A stretch of DNA of 56,527 nt, filler included, from Sphacelaria rigidula (lineage: Eukaryota): NCBI GenBank assembly GCA_964200075.2. It is 6 parts of 6 records of this genome, joined end to end, with 100 filler letters (N's around TTAATTAATTAA, not from the genome) between each part and the next. Parts side by side here need not be neighbours in the genome. Positions count along the whole stretch, not along the records: positions 37,754 to 47,090 come from CAXNAA020008721.1; positions 47,191 to 56,527 come from CAXNAA020008722.1; 4 more parts are not named here. One strand, given 5' to 3'. The notes under the pieces are model-generated. The model did no database searches. It was not told the origin of the DNA and worked only from the letters and a program-made list of their open reading frames with translations. This document shows positions 41,716 through 52,749 of this stretch, one piece after another (within the stretch, counting starts at the first letter, position 1; each line of letters begins with the position of its first letter). The translations under genes and the position numbers were made by a program.

Positions 41716-43984
41716 TAAGGCACGCTCTGAGAGTGATTCCGGGGGCGATGACAATCTGGTATCAACTTAGCATGAGTGGGATACACAATGACAAAAAATC
41801 CAAAATCGCGAGAAATGCCGTAAGCTCTTCAAGTCTCGTTCAGACGCCCCCTGAGGTGGATGATGTGTACGAGCTGGGTAAGCTTGAAAGCTGCTAAAAC
41901 TTGCTCACACCACAGCTTCCGCAGTTTCCCGAATGAACCCGATGTAAGCATATCACTGTGAAGTGTAGACCAACCTGGTGACACACGGCACCGCCGCTGA
42001 ATGAAATAATTATTTTTAAAAAAATGTACTGCATGATGTCCTCCTACCTTAACGACGGACGAAAAAAAGGGAAAATGTCGGGATTCGAACTAATGACCTC
42101 CATAAGTGGAGTCTCCCGTCACTTGATTTACAGGAGTGCAGTACCGTCACGGAAACTGTTTAACGCACGGCCCAATCCGACGAGTCTTGAGCTGAAACTT
42201 CAGGAAGACCTTCTGCACCCGAGGAACTGATACTTCACGTGTCCAGCTGCAGATTCTCCTCTTTTTCCTGGACTTACGACATTATCTTGTTTTCGCTGAA
42301 ATTTCAAATGCCCATAACTTCTTCTTTTTTTCTTTTTTTATTTGCTGGTCCCGTGATCTTCTGTATTCTGATAATGAAAAGCTGCTGTCAAAATTTGAGC
42401 GTCCAACTCCTCATATCGTGCCGTGCGTCGGCTGAGCGAGATTCACACCTACTCTTGGCTGGCCCAGCTCGTAGGTGATTATGACCTCTGGATGACCCGA
42501 CCCGCTTACAAATTAATAACAAAAACCTCCGACGCGTCCACCCCCGGAACATGATCCCGGGACTGTCATCCCCCATCATCCTGTCCGGGCCATGGTCATA
42601 CTTCCCACACGGAGTAACGCGTCACGCACCCACCCTCCATGGGTCCTCTCCTTACCCCCAAGCTCTACCTTGAAAAGCTCACACAGTCCAAGTCCACGTC
42701 GGGTACCTTTACGCACCGTTCCCCTACACCAAGTGAGAAGCTGTAACCGACACACACGCATCCATCGTCCCGAGTTAGATGAGCCACGGCTGCTGTCCAC
42801 AGGCCCTTCTTGTCTCGGCGTTCGACGGTTGTTGCCATATTTACTGATAATTTCTAGGGCGAAATTTCCCTCATTTAAAAAAATAATTTTTGGAATGTTT
42901 CTCTATATATATGTTTCTAGAATTTCGATGTTTAATAGCCCAATACCTACGGCAATCACGACGGACTCTCCCGTGCACTCTGCCCTCACGTCGTAAACGG
43001 GACGCCGGAGTATGGTTGGTTCCCCAATACACCATGGCGGAGGAGATAGCGTTGGCCATTCTGCCGAGCAACTCAAGGGAGCTAGTGAGCGCCGAAGGCG
43101 GTTCCCGGTCCGCTCATCGACTCGTGCGGTGTTGGTTCCGACCACTGAACGAAGCCATGGGACAAATTAAAATTGGCATCGGATACGGTTAACTCTTAGA
43201 CCATCGAGCGTCGCCTTGGAACAGTTTCACAGGCTGACAGTTCGAGACTGACTACCTGGGGGGGGTTGCAGACTTTTCCGACTTCTTCGGGGTAAAAAAG
43301 CGTAACCGTTGGTTTCTTGATCAGGTTTAGCAATAGAATGTAAAGAGTCTGTGAAGATGTAAATAAATGGTGATGACTGGGTACACATTAATCGGAAAAT
43401 CTTCGATGTACTGTCAAAGCGCCGCTAGAGCTGCTACCCCGGGTAGCGGACATGCCAGGCGTGTTTCTCTTTGGTGTCGGTGTTGTGTGCGAGCATTACT
43501 TGTATTGTGTGCGTGACAACTGTACGTAGAAGGAGGTAATTTCTGCCGGGTCTACGGAGTAAACAGGAACATTCCGAACAGGAGCAGCTAGGATCTCGTA
43601 TCATGTCATCAAAGAGCAGCGTATCTACAAAGATATGTGGTTGTTGGTGTTGCTGTCGTTTGGGTTCGTAACGTATTCTTTCCTTTTCCTTCTTCTTTTC
43701 CTTTTTCTCTTGCTTCAAGACCGCACCATTTTTTTCTGTGCTTTGCTTTTACTCTTTATTCACTATTTTTTATTCATCACGTCTTCGTCTATCATGTCGT
43801 TCTGTTTTCATTTTTATTTTTATTTTTCTGCAGCGAGTGTTTCAGCTTTGTTTTATCTTGAGTACGCCTATGATGTGACCACGGCTGAATCTCTGAGGGG
43901 TCAGTCAAAGTGCGACAATCAATCAACTAACCAACCAATCATTAGGTGCAGCTCGCGAGCTAGCTCATCTATTCTGCACCAGTT

Positions 43985-44340
43985 ATAGCTCAAGCTTTGT
44001 AAATTAACATGGGCAGATGACATATCGTCCATAAATAACTCAGGGCTTGGAAACACGTGCAGATGAGCCATCGCCTGTAGCTCAAGCGTTCGAAATGTAT
44101 GCAGATGAACTGTCGCGTATAGCTCAAGCTATGAAAACATCTGTAGCTTCTATAGCACACTCTGGACAAGGAAGTTCAGATCAGCTATCTTCTACAGCCT
44201 AAGCTTTGGAAACATGTGCGGATGAGTCATCCTCTATAGCTCAAGCTTTCAAAACATCGTGCAGATGATCTGCCTTGCTATGGCTCAAGCCTGGAAAACA
44301 TGAGCTAGGTCATGTAGCTCATGGGTGAGCTATCTTCGGA
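43985..44340 (+). repeat. Minisatellite, about 42-bp unit, about 8 degenerate copies
   Basis: Approximate consensus AGCTCAAGCTTTGGAAACATGTGCAGATGAGCCATCTTCTAT. Confidence 0.82.
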
Positions 44341-44623
44341 AAGAGCTGGAATAGCTCGATCTGACGGTGAAACTGCTCTGTCCGCCGTGTGAATAGGTAT
44401 CCGTGATGAATCTTGGCAATCGAAAGTTCTCGAGAAAATATATAAATATAAATAAAAATCAGGTCGATCAAAAATGTGGATATCAGATGTTGACTTCTAT
44501 TATACTCATTACATGTATCAATGCATGCAGCTGAAGTGGACAGTTTTTCCCCCCGCAACCAGAGCATGATTGTCGTAACTTGAGCCGTGTCGTCGCTGCT
44601 GACCATTGACCCGACGTGTGCAG

Positions 44624-44719
44624 GAATTGGCAGAGCTCCGGAAGAACAAGCTGGAGTGGTGCGATATCCAACCTACGGATGATGACATAATGCGCTGGAC
44701 GGCCATGCTAGTGGGCCCG
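44624..44719 (+). CDS. Ubiquitin-conjugating enzyme (E2/UBC) exon: ELAELRKNKLEWCDIQPTDDDIMRWTAMLVGP
   Basis: gtgcag acceptor and gttagt donor; matches the E2 N-terminal pattern (K)EL..L.......+.P..DD+..W.A.+.GP. Too short for the ORF track. Other exons were not located. Confidence 0.8.
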
Positions 44720-45067
44720 GTTAGTTGATTCATTGATTCATTGATTGATTTTCGCACCGTGATCTGTTCCCTCAGGGATCCAGTTATGGTCATCATCCAG
44801 ATGGTGGACGTATTCACCCGAGATGAACACAAAAAAATGGAAACGCTCGCAGAAGAAAAGTGGGGGAATAAAAAACAGGAAGGTAGAAGAGGTGAAGAGA
44901 AAAAAGCAGACAATGGGAAAAAAGAACGGAGAACAAGACAAGGGGAAAAAAATAGCTGAAAATAACCGCCCGCTGCCACATGGTGTCGGTAGAAAAGGCC
45001 TTGCGAAGAAACCAATCTCACCCATACCCAATTGTGATGGTTCGTTGTCATATATGTATATATATAT

Positions 45068-45505
45068 CCATCTGGACAAAACATATGGTCAACAGATGCA
45101 ATATACAAAAAATGTCCTGGGTTAAGTATAGGCCTGTCGCAACTATTGTCGGTATGTAAATGGTCAATACATGCAATGACGGTTCGGACCAATCATCGCC
45201 GGTTCGAGTCACGAAATACACGATTTTTCAGCCTTGGTTGCCCGAAAAGGGGGGGGAAAAAAAGTTGACCGCCGGTCGAGAAGGTCTCACGCAATTGTTG
45301 CGCCATTCCACGTGCCTGGACTGCGCGTATCTGGCTTGCAACACCGAAAACAAAGGCTAAGGATTGATTCGTACGGTACGAATAACGAATCAATTACACC
45401 AAAATTCGTCCGACCCTTGGATGCAATGGACAAAAAATGCTCCGGGGTTGATGAAAGTATTGGCCTGTTGCAGCTATTGTCGGTTTGACCGTATATTGTC
45501 CAGGG
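45068..45505. mobile_element. Probable Tc1/mariner-type MITE in (TA)n context
   Basis: Imperfect TIRs ctggacaaaacatatggtcaa / ttgaccgtatattgtccaggg|ta; internal direct repeat caaaaaatg...agtat.ggcctgt.gca.ctattgtcggt at about 45105 and 45430. Confidence 0.5.
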
Positions 45506-45542
45506 TATGCTGCATATTTATATATATATATATATCCGCCGC

Positions 45543-45830
45543 GCCCCGGTGGTGTAATGGTCCAACTGTCGCTATTATGGTGGAGAGAACAGGGGTTCGA
45601 TTCCCGATGCATTGGGTTTTTTCTTCGTAATGTATGATATCCACCGTGGAAAGCGTGAGAACGTGAGTAAACAAAGGAGTTGAGTGGGCTTCTGTGACGT
45701 GAGGTGACGCGGTGCGGGNNNNNNNNNNATCCGCGAGATCAAAATGCAAGGCACGTACCGGGGGAGAGATGGGCTGATCCCTTGAGACCACGGACTCATC
45801 CCGAGGAAGAGGAGGGGTTCAAAGTGTGAG
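45543..45830 (+). mobile_element. tRNA-derived SINE-like family A, shorter copy
   Basis: gccccggtggtgtaatggt (A box) ... ggggttcgattcccga (B box); homologous to 51749 onward; ends ggagggggttcaaagtg plus an ATAC-type tail. Confidence 0.78.
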
Positions 45831-47190
45831 GAAAATATACATACATGTATACACATACATGATCGCGTCCTTGTTGGCTTCGTAGGACCGACTTGGTCGT
45901 CGTTTTGCGGACGTTACTTTATGGAGTGTTGTTTAAAGTAACTTTTGCTCTGTAGGGGATATACCATATACCGTCGTTGCCATGTACGCTGCCGCCACCC
46001 ACGCGTGTTGCGACTCTTACTGTTGATGCGTGTATGGGTGCATAGAACCACGAAGATGTTGACGTGCGTGACGTTGAGCAACCGTGTACGACAGATTGCT
46101 TTCCTCTGCAGGTTTTCGATCGGAAAAGCTTACAGCAGTATACCTTGATGGTTGTTTTCTTCTTCTACGCGCGCCACTAATTGTAAATAATAGTTGAAGC
46201 CAGTTAGGAATAGAAATGCGGTGAACCCATCAGATCTGTTTGTTTTTTCGTCGCACTTCTTTGATCGAAAAAATATACTAAAAAAAATTACACCGTACTT
46301 GTGTCTGAATTAACAGTGGTGGATTTACAGTAAAGGTGAGTGGGTGGTGATGCTCTTCAGAAGTGGTTCCCTGGAAACTGTTTTTCGTTCTGTGTGGTGA
46401 GCTCTGATGGTGATGCTCAAGCGATTGATACATATTTTCGTGTACCGGAGGGGGGGAGAGGGGTTGAATCCTTGAGACGGCTATCTCATTCCGAGGGAGG
46501 GGAGGGGTCCAAAGTGCGTTGAATGAAAATGAATAATTATCATCCTAATAATCACTGTCATTGTCATAGTCATAATTTCACGTTTTGTTGCGTAGAAGCG
46601 TCTCGTTTGTCCGCTCGCCCCGTCACGCTCTCGGACATGAAAAAATTTCAGAGCGTCCATTGCCCACGCCCGTGTTGACTGACTGCGCGAGATACGCTGC
46701 GCCGTTCACGAGGTATCTTCACGGATTCCCACCTCGCACATGTAGGACGGATCATGATCTGTCTGAAACAAGTAATCGAAGAATACTCTAGAATCTGTTG
46801 GTCTAAAAACACAGAATATGTGACCGCGGAGTCGCAAAAGCCAAAGCGCAATATTTGCGCTACTCGGCGTGCTCAGCTTCCGGCGCTGTGAGGAGCAACC
46901 ATGGAAAAGGTGGCCCAAATGATGCGGATCATGATCCGGACTAGTATACTGAGAACAAGTAATTTTCAGACGGATCATGATCGGCCCCACGTGTGAACTA
47001 TTGCATGTTTACTTCTTTTTTTTTTCAACGCATGGTTTGAGATAGCTTCGAAAACAGTAGCCAGTGAGGGGGGAGGGGGGGTTGTAGTTTNNNNNNNNNN
47101 NNNNNNNNNNNNNNNNNNNNNNNNNNNNNNNNNNTTAATTAATTAANNNNNNNNNNNNNNNNNNNNNNNNNNNNNNNNNNNNNNNNNNNN

Positions 47191-47398
47191 GGTCGACGAG
47201 GGAAAGGGACTACGGAACCCCCTCTCGCGATGAAAAATAAAGGCAAGCACCGCAGAAGGAAGGTGGGGTACTCAAAACAAACGAAAAAGAAGAAGCTCCT
47301 GTGTTGACCTTCCTCCTGCGTGACCCCAGCTGGTGCGCCCACATATACCGAAAGGTGTAGACCGGCGTCCAGAATAAATGGGACGACAACACACACAG
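47191..47398 (+). repeat. 3' half of SINE-like family B, at the contig start
   Basis: Homologous to 32650-32860. Confidence 0.78.
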
Positions 47399-48336
47399 TA
47401 AACTGGAGAGGGAAAAACGGAGCACAAACCAAAACTACTCCCTCACTCACATATTAAAAACAGACAGGGAAACAACAGGGAGGAAAAAAGAAGCACTCCC
47501 CCCCCCCCGACCAGGCTCTTTTTTACCACCGGTCCTGCGGAGAAAACAAGCAAGAAAAAAAAAAGCAACAGAGAGGATGGCAGGTAGACCTTTGCCGCAT
47601 GGCTTCAGGTTCAAAGGGTGTACAAGATCAGTAACAAGAAGTGGAAAGGCAGAGAGAACCGTCGTGGACACAGATTGCAACTTGAATGTCCGGGAATGAC
47701 ACCATAATGGTATTGATATATTCATATTTTAATATTGGGACACGAAGTCTCTCTAACCCGCTGGCCCTGAAGGACCAAAAGCAATTATTAATACACCTTT
47801 GGTATCAAACAAAACAAGAGGGTGACAGGGAAGAGAACACATCGTGGGCAATAGATCACAGTCAATCAGTGTACTGCGTACCGGATCGACTATTCTGTGT
47901 ATTGCAATACAACAGATTCGGTACTGCACGCGGTACACTTATTTGACAGTGTAGTCCTTTGTCATTGTCCAGGGTGTAGAAGCGATAATGACAATATCAA
48001 CAGATGAAGGTCATACACACAACCCAGTAACATAGCGGAGCTCCAACCGGAAAGCTATCATCGCTACGCTTGCAAGCTAGGGGATGAGGTTAACAACCGA
48101 AAGGATAAGTACACGGATATAAAGCTTGCGCGTCACCTCGCCTCTCCGCACACATCCCTAGTCAGGTACTAGCCAGGTCACTCTGTTGGCCATTTGCATA
48201 TTGGATTCCTCCCGAGCTGTTGTTGTGTCAGTAGTGGGAGCTCTTAAGGCAACAGCCTCTCGCTTGCTACTAAGTGCATATACTATAATATGGCCAAATC
48301 GTGTTCGCTGTTGTATTGTTGTTAAATGTGGGACAG

Positions 48337-48508
48337 GTTGCCAAAATGATGGGCGGCAGGACGTACAAGCAGTGCAGAGAGCGCTTCACCAACTACCTGA
48401 GGGACGGACTCAACTGCGGACCCTGGAGCAAGGAGGAAGATGCCCTATTACTCGAAATGCACTACAAGATAGGCAACAAGTGGGCCGAGATTGCTCGTCA
48501 CCTGAAAG
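48337..48508 (+). CDS. Myb-repeat transcription factor exon: VAKMMGGRTYKQCRERFTNYLRDGLNCGPWSKEEDALLLEMHYKIGNKWAEIARHLK(D)
   Basis: R2/R3 Myb signature RTxKQCRERF.NYL...WSKEED..L......GNKWAEIA; gacag acceptor and gtatgc donor. Confidence 0.92.
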
Positions 48509-49241
48509 GTATGCTGCCACTTGGGGAGGTGTGTACGTCAGCCGCATACCATTAGCGTTAATATTCTGCATCGCGGGGTATTGTATGAAAGCCAGCCGAC
48601 CTTCAGTTGTTCATGACCTGCGATGCTTACGCCGACGCGAAGGCTATGCCGTGTAGGAAATGTGTTCTCGGGACCCTCGTGGGTAGTGTGCCCGGCTTGC
48701 GATAATGCAGGATTCGGAGTGTCCGCTTTTTGTGGTCATTTTTTGCGGTCTTACTCGTTTGAAGATTTTCCAGCAGGGTATCTATGACGCTTGCGTTGTT
48801 TTTGTACGGTAAAAGCGCAGCAGGCAAAGTGTAGTATATTGCACGTACAACCGAACCTCGTGTAGCTATGTGATGAGGCTATGTGCATGCATGTAAGCAC
48901 TGCTTACTTGCTACTTTTTTTTATTCACTTTTTCTCGTCATACGTTCAACTCTGCGCCCCTTCCTCCGAACCCGTACGTAATCCCAAGGGATGAACCCAT
49001 CTATGTATCTCGATGTACACCTGACATATGTTTTGCACGATTGAATATTGGATGATGACTATGATTATCAACGCTTCCGCGCCCCTCCCCCCCCCCCCAC
49101 TTTAGCGTTCCCACCCACGCCTTTCGACGACAGAAGCCAATAGCCACACCTATGTTGCCGGAGTTTGGACGCAATACATAGTCCGCTCCAATTAATCGAG
49201 ACGATATACCGCTTAGAGGACAAATATGTAGCACTCGCAAG

Positions 49242-50102
49242 TAGAGATGTGTCCCGTTTTAATGTTTTAAACGGAGCGTATTTCGGATTTCCTGCAGGTT
49301 CATCCGGATCGATCCGCGAATTGACAGAAAGTGGTGGATATCCGGATATCCAGATGTTCGATTTGCAGACGGATTTCGAGAAGAACGAGCGATGGATACT
49401 CCTCAACTCTGTTCCCATGCATGTTGCGCATGCATGCCTGGAAGGGGCAGTTGAGCCTTGGATCACGTATCACCAGTCAGATGCGCAAATAAAATACAGA
49501 TTGAAGTGAAAAAAAATTGTCGTTATCCACGCATTGCGCCAGCGATGTGCAAGACTGAATGCCTTTTCCATGGCAGAACGGAAAAAAAAACCAAGTCCGA
49601 CCACGGCATCCAACTTTCGCAAGGCCACCACGAACCACAGCACGCGTGTGATGTGCTTCATGACCAGCTGCATCTGCTGCTCCGTCTCTTCCCGCGATTC
49701 ACCATCTCACGACCAACTACTATTGGTGGCTACGACTCGGTCGGATTCTTTTTAATGGAGTGCTAATCAAGTAAACTTCTCGGCCGCCTCCCAAGAACCC
49801 GTTAGAGACATCGGCGTCTCAAGCCGGTTTTCTCTGTTGCGTCATAATGAGCCCACCCTGCGAGAACACTCGCCCTGGGGGACCTGACGATGCCGGAACA
49901 GCCAGGGCGTTCCGAGCGACATGCGTAATGAGAGAATAGTTGTGCGCAATTAGCGCCCACCACTCAATCGGGTTCTCGTTCATGACCGGAGCAGGTCCCA
50001 TCGCAATGTCCAAAATACCAAGAATGGGGAAGAAAAAATTCCGCGGATATTTTGCTTAAACGGAGCGAATATCCGGAGTGGACGGAGAAGAGCACGTCTC
50101 TA
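49242..50102. mobile_element. Non-autonomous hAT element in the Myb-gene intron
   Basis: TIRs TAGAGATGTG / CACGTCTCTA; 8-bp TSD CTCGCAAG / CTCGCGAG (7/8); hAT C-terminal dimerisation remnant PIEWW...YSLITHVARNALAVPASSGPPGRVFSQGG on the minus strand at 49819-50013; ggatatccg subterminal motifs. Confidence 0.9.
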
Positions 50103-50877
50103 CTCGCGAGTGCGGTACCCCCTTCATATGGATTTGTGGTAGCATTGTCGGTCAACCAGGTGTCTGAGGTTGCTGGACACCTGGGCGTACCGCAGTGAAA
50201 CCTTTATACCATTTGTTTTTGTTATCACCACTTATTACTATCTACAGCCGGGTCGTGTACCCTACTAGGCCATGTCAAAGATGTACCCCCCGTGTCGAAG
50301 GTCCTTGGTCCCTGCGGTACGCCATGTCTGTGGGCTGCAGTTCGGAGTGGGCGATGTCTTCCTCGCTATCGGTATATGACTAGTCGCACCATCACCACCA
50401 CTTCTGCTACTACAAGTACAGCTGATTACCACGGTTCATTGATTGCTGCACTTGACCTGATCCCCTAGGAGTCATGATCCAGGCGTGGTCAGTGGTCATT
50501 GTCCATATGATAGACCGACGTCGTCGTTGAGCGTTCTCTCTCCATCTCTCCTCCTCCCTACTAGGCCTAGAGAGAGACAGTAAAGAGGCGACGGATTTTT
50601 CCCGTGGGCAGCAGCGGGCGGGACAAGACGGTGCGCGATCACCACAATCATCAGGGTTTTTTTACGATCAATCTTGATCCCCGCCTTTTACCCTACACCA
50701 GCCGCCGCGACGAAAACAGTGCCATCCGAGTGATACATTGCACTATTGGAATGTCGTAGTATTCTATCCCCTCATTTGGTGTATATATATGTATAGGTGC
50801 TCCCCCTCCCCCCCCACCAGACGTCCAGTTCCCGCGATTTCAACTCCTTTCCTCTCGGTCGTCCTTGTTTGTTGAAG

Positions 50878-51050
50878 ATCGAAGCGAGAACATGATCAAG
50901 AACGAGTATATGAAGCTGTCGAGAGACGCCGGTCACAAAGGCAGGAGGAGAGGAAGCGGCAGCGGCGCACGAGGGGACAGCGATGTCGATGGGGATGATG
51001 AAACGGTGAGGAATGAGGAGACGTACCATACCACGAGAAACGACTTAAAG
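50878..51050 (+). CDS. Myb protein exon: (D)RSENMIKNEYMKLSRDAGHKGRRRGSGSG...TTRNDLK
   Basis: gaag acceptor, phase-compatible with 48508; completes the R3 helix (compare GRTDNAIKNHW); aag|gtaaaa donor. Confidence 0.85.
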
Positions 51051-51231
51051 GTAAAACGAGAACGCTGCAGTCTCCTTTGCTCTATGTGTCTTTGGTTCAG
51101 AAGTAAGTGTTTGGACTCGGAAGAAGTACACATGATGTGCGGTATACAAACATAACATTCGTCCTCTTCTCCGACTCGCGCGTAGGCAATGAACTAACAG
51201 ACTACCAAACTACCTATCAAACAACCCCCAG

Positions 51232-51585
51232 GTCTACGTAAGAAAGAAGCGGGGACGGCCAAAGGGCAGCGGAGCCAATTCTTCAAACAACCACGCCAGC
51301 AAAAGCAGTAGCAACAGCCGCGCCAGCGGCCACGTGCGCGATCTATCGAGAGATTCCGACAGCTCCATGCCCACCCCCCCTGACTTGAGTGGGTCTGCTC
51401 CGGGGTTTGCACCGCCGGGTAGACTTTTTGCGGGTGGGCCGGTGCATGACCATGACGTTTCATCCCGTACAGGCATGCCCGGCGGTGCTAGTGCGAATGC
51501 TAATGGTGCCGCCGCTGCTGCTGCTGCTGGATGGGCGCAGGCCGCACATTCTGCGCCCGTGCGTGACGGCACAAGATCTATATAG
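51232..51585 (+). CDS. Myb protein probable last exon with AT-hook: VYVRKKRGRPKGSGANSS...DGTRSI*
   Basis: ccccag acceptor, phase 0, in frame with ORF 51334-51585; canonical AT-hook KKRGRPKGS. The 3' end is uncertain. Confidence 0.75.
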   Translation, partial: VYVRKKRGRPKGSGANSSNNHASKSSSNSRASGHVRDLSRDSDSSMPTPPDLSGSAPGFAPPGRLFAGGPVHDHDVSSRTGMPGGASANANGAAAAAAAGWAQAAHSAPVRDGTRSI

Positions 51586-51748
51586 GCATCGCAGAGAAGA
51601 CATCAGGCGAGAAAGCGACATATGTTGAGAAGAGTCGAGATTCACTCGTATACTTACCCGTAATCAACTGCGGCAGAGTGATGGAGTGACACGGCGCAAC
51701 GTCAAAAATCACTCATTTTGTTGCTGAAATGAAATTCCAATCTGCCAC

Positions 51749-52350
51749 GCCCCGGTGGTGTAATGGTCTGACGGTCGCCATGAGGGTGGGGAGAATGAGG
51801 GCTCGATTCCCGATGCGTTGGCTTTTTTCTTCGTAATGTCTGATTTCCACCGTGGAAAGCGTGAGAAAGTGAGTAAACAAGGTAGTAGACTGAGTTTGTT
51901 CGACGTGAGTTGACGCGGTGCGGGAGTCGTGATAGTCATGACCCAATCCGCGATACCAAAATGCAAGGCGTGTACCGGGGGATGGATGGGATGATCCCTT
52001 GAGACCATGGACTTGTCCCGAGCAGAGGGGTGTACTCATGTTCATGCGTGCCATAGCGTAAGACCGATGACCTCGCATCCCTACAAAGCCGGCACGGAGC
52101 ACACACCCGGGTTTCGCCGGACCAGGCTCGCACTCAATTACCAAGCGCGAAGCGTCGTGGTGGGTTCGGCCCGAAGCGTGCTGATTATCTTGCATTTGGA
52201 TGACAGCCTACAATGAGTTGCTTTGTTGTCTGGTATCGCCACTTCCAGAGACAGCCACGGATTGGGGGTGTACTCAGGATCATGCATGCCGTGGTCATCA
52301 GACCATTGGTTGGGGGTTGGGGAGGGGGTTCAAAGTGCGACTATGATATA
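51749..52350 (+). mobile_element. tRNA-derived SINE-like family A, longest copy
   Basis: A box tggtgtaatgg and B box gggctcgattcc; body shared with 9243, 28317, 37110, 45543, 46440 and 56210; ends gggggttcaaagtgcg. Confidence 0.8.
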
Positions 52351-52389
52351 GATGTATGTATATGAATATGAAACCCGGATAATAACCCT

Positions 52390-52661
52390 TCCGACGGCTT
52401 TTTCCTTTTTTTCGTTTGTTTTAGTACTCCACCGTCGTCCTGCGGTGCTTGCCTTTCTTTTTTATCGCGAGAGGGATTCAGTAGTCCCGTTCCCTCGTCG
52501 ACCGTTCAGACAAATTTTGTGCACCCAACACATGGTTGCTCTCCACTGTTGTGCATTGGTTGCGAAAAAAATCAAGGTCGTGTGACTGCACCGAGATTCG
52601 AATCCACGACGCGACGGTCAGAACGAGTCGAGGTTACCAACTGAGCCACCGGGGCGACCGG
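52390..52661 (-). mobile_element. tRNA-derived SINE-like family B, 5' portion
   Basis: Minus strand reads ccggtcgccccggtggctcagttggtaacc...gtggattcgaatctcgg, with clean A and B boxes. Confidence 0.8.
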
Positions 52662-52749
52662 CTAACACGGACTTACTTTTTTCCTAGACGCTACCGACCA
52701 ATGTGTGTATGTGAATGCCAACCCTCTTTCCTTCCGTCCCTCCACTCCT

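Noticed and set aside
43985..44340. CRISPR-like appearance of the 42-bp array
   Set aside because: Degenerate tandem units without unique spacers, no cas genes, and eukaryotic context.
45543..45612. Functional tRNA genes here and at 32508, 51749 and 52654
   Set aside because: A and B boxes are present but no complete cloverleaf or acceptor stem is evident, and each runs into a repeated non-tRNA body; treated as SINE heads.
47447..47725. Minus-strand ORF with TDLVHPLNLKPCGK resembling the E2 HPN motif
   Set aside because: No catalytic Cys at the expected position, opposite strand and different contig; probably chance.
44624..48508. Possible UBC-Myb fusion gene (same strand, compatible phase 0)
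   Set aside because: The exons lie on different contigs separated by an artificial spacer.
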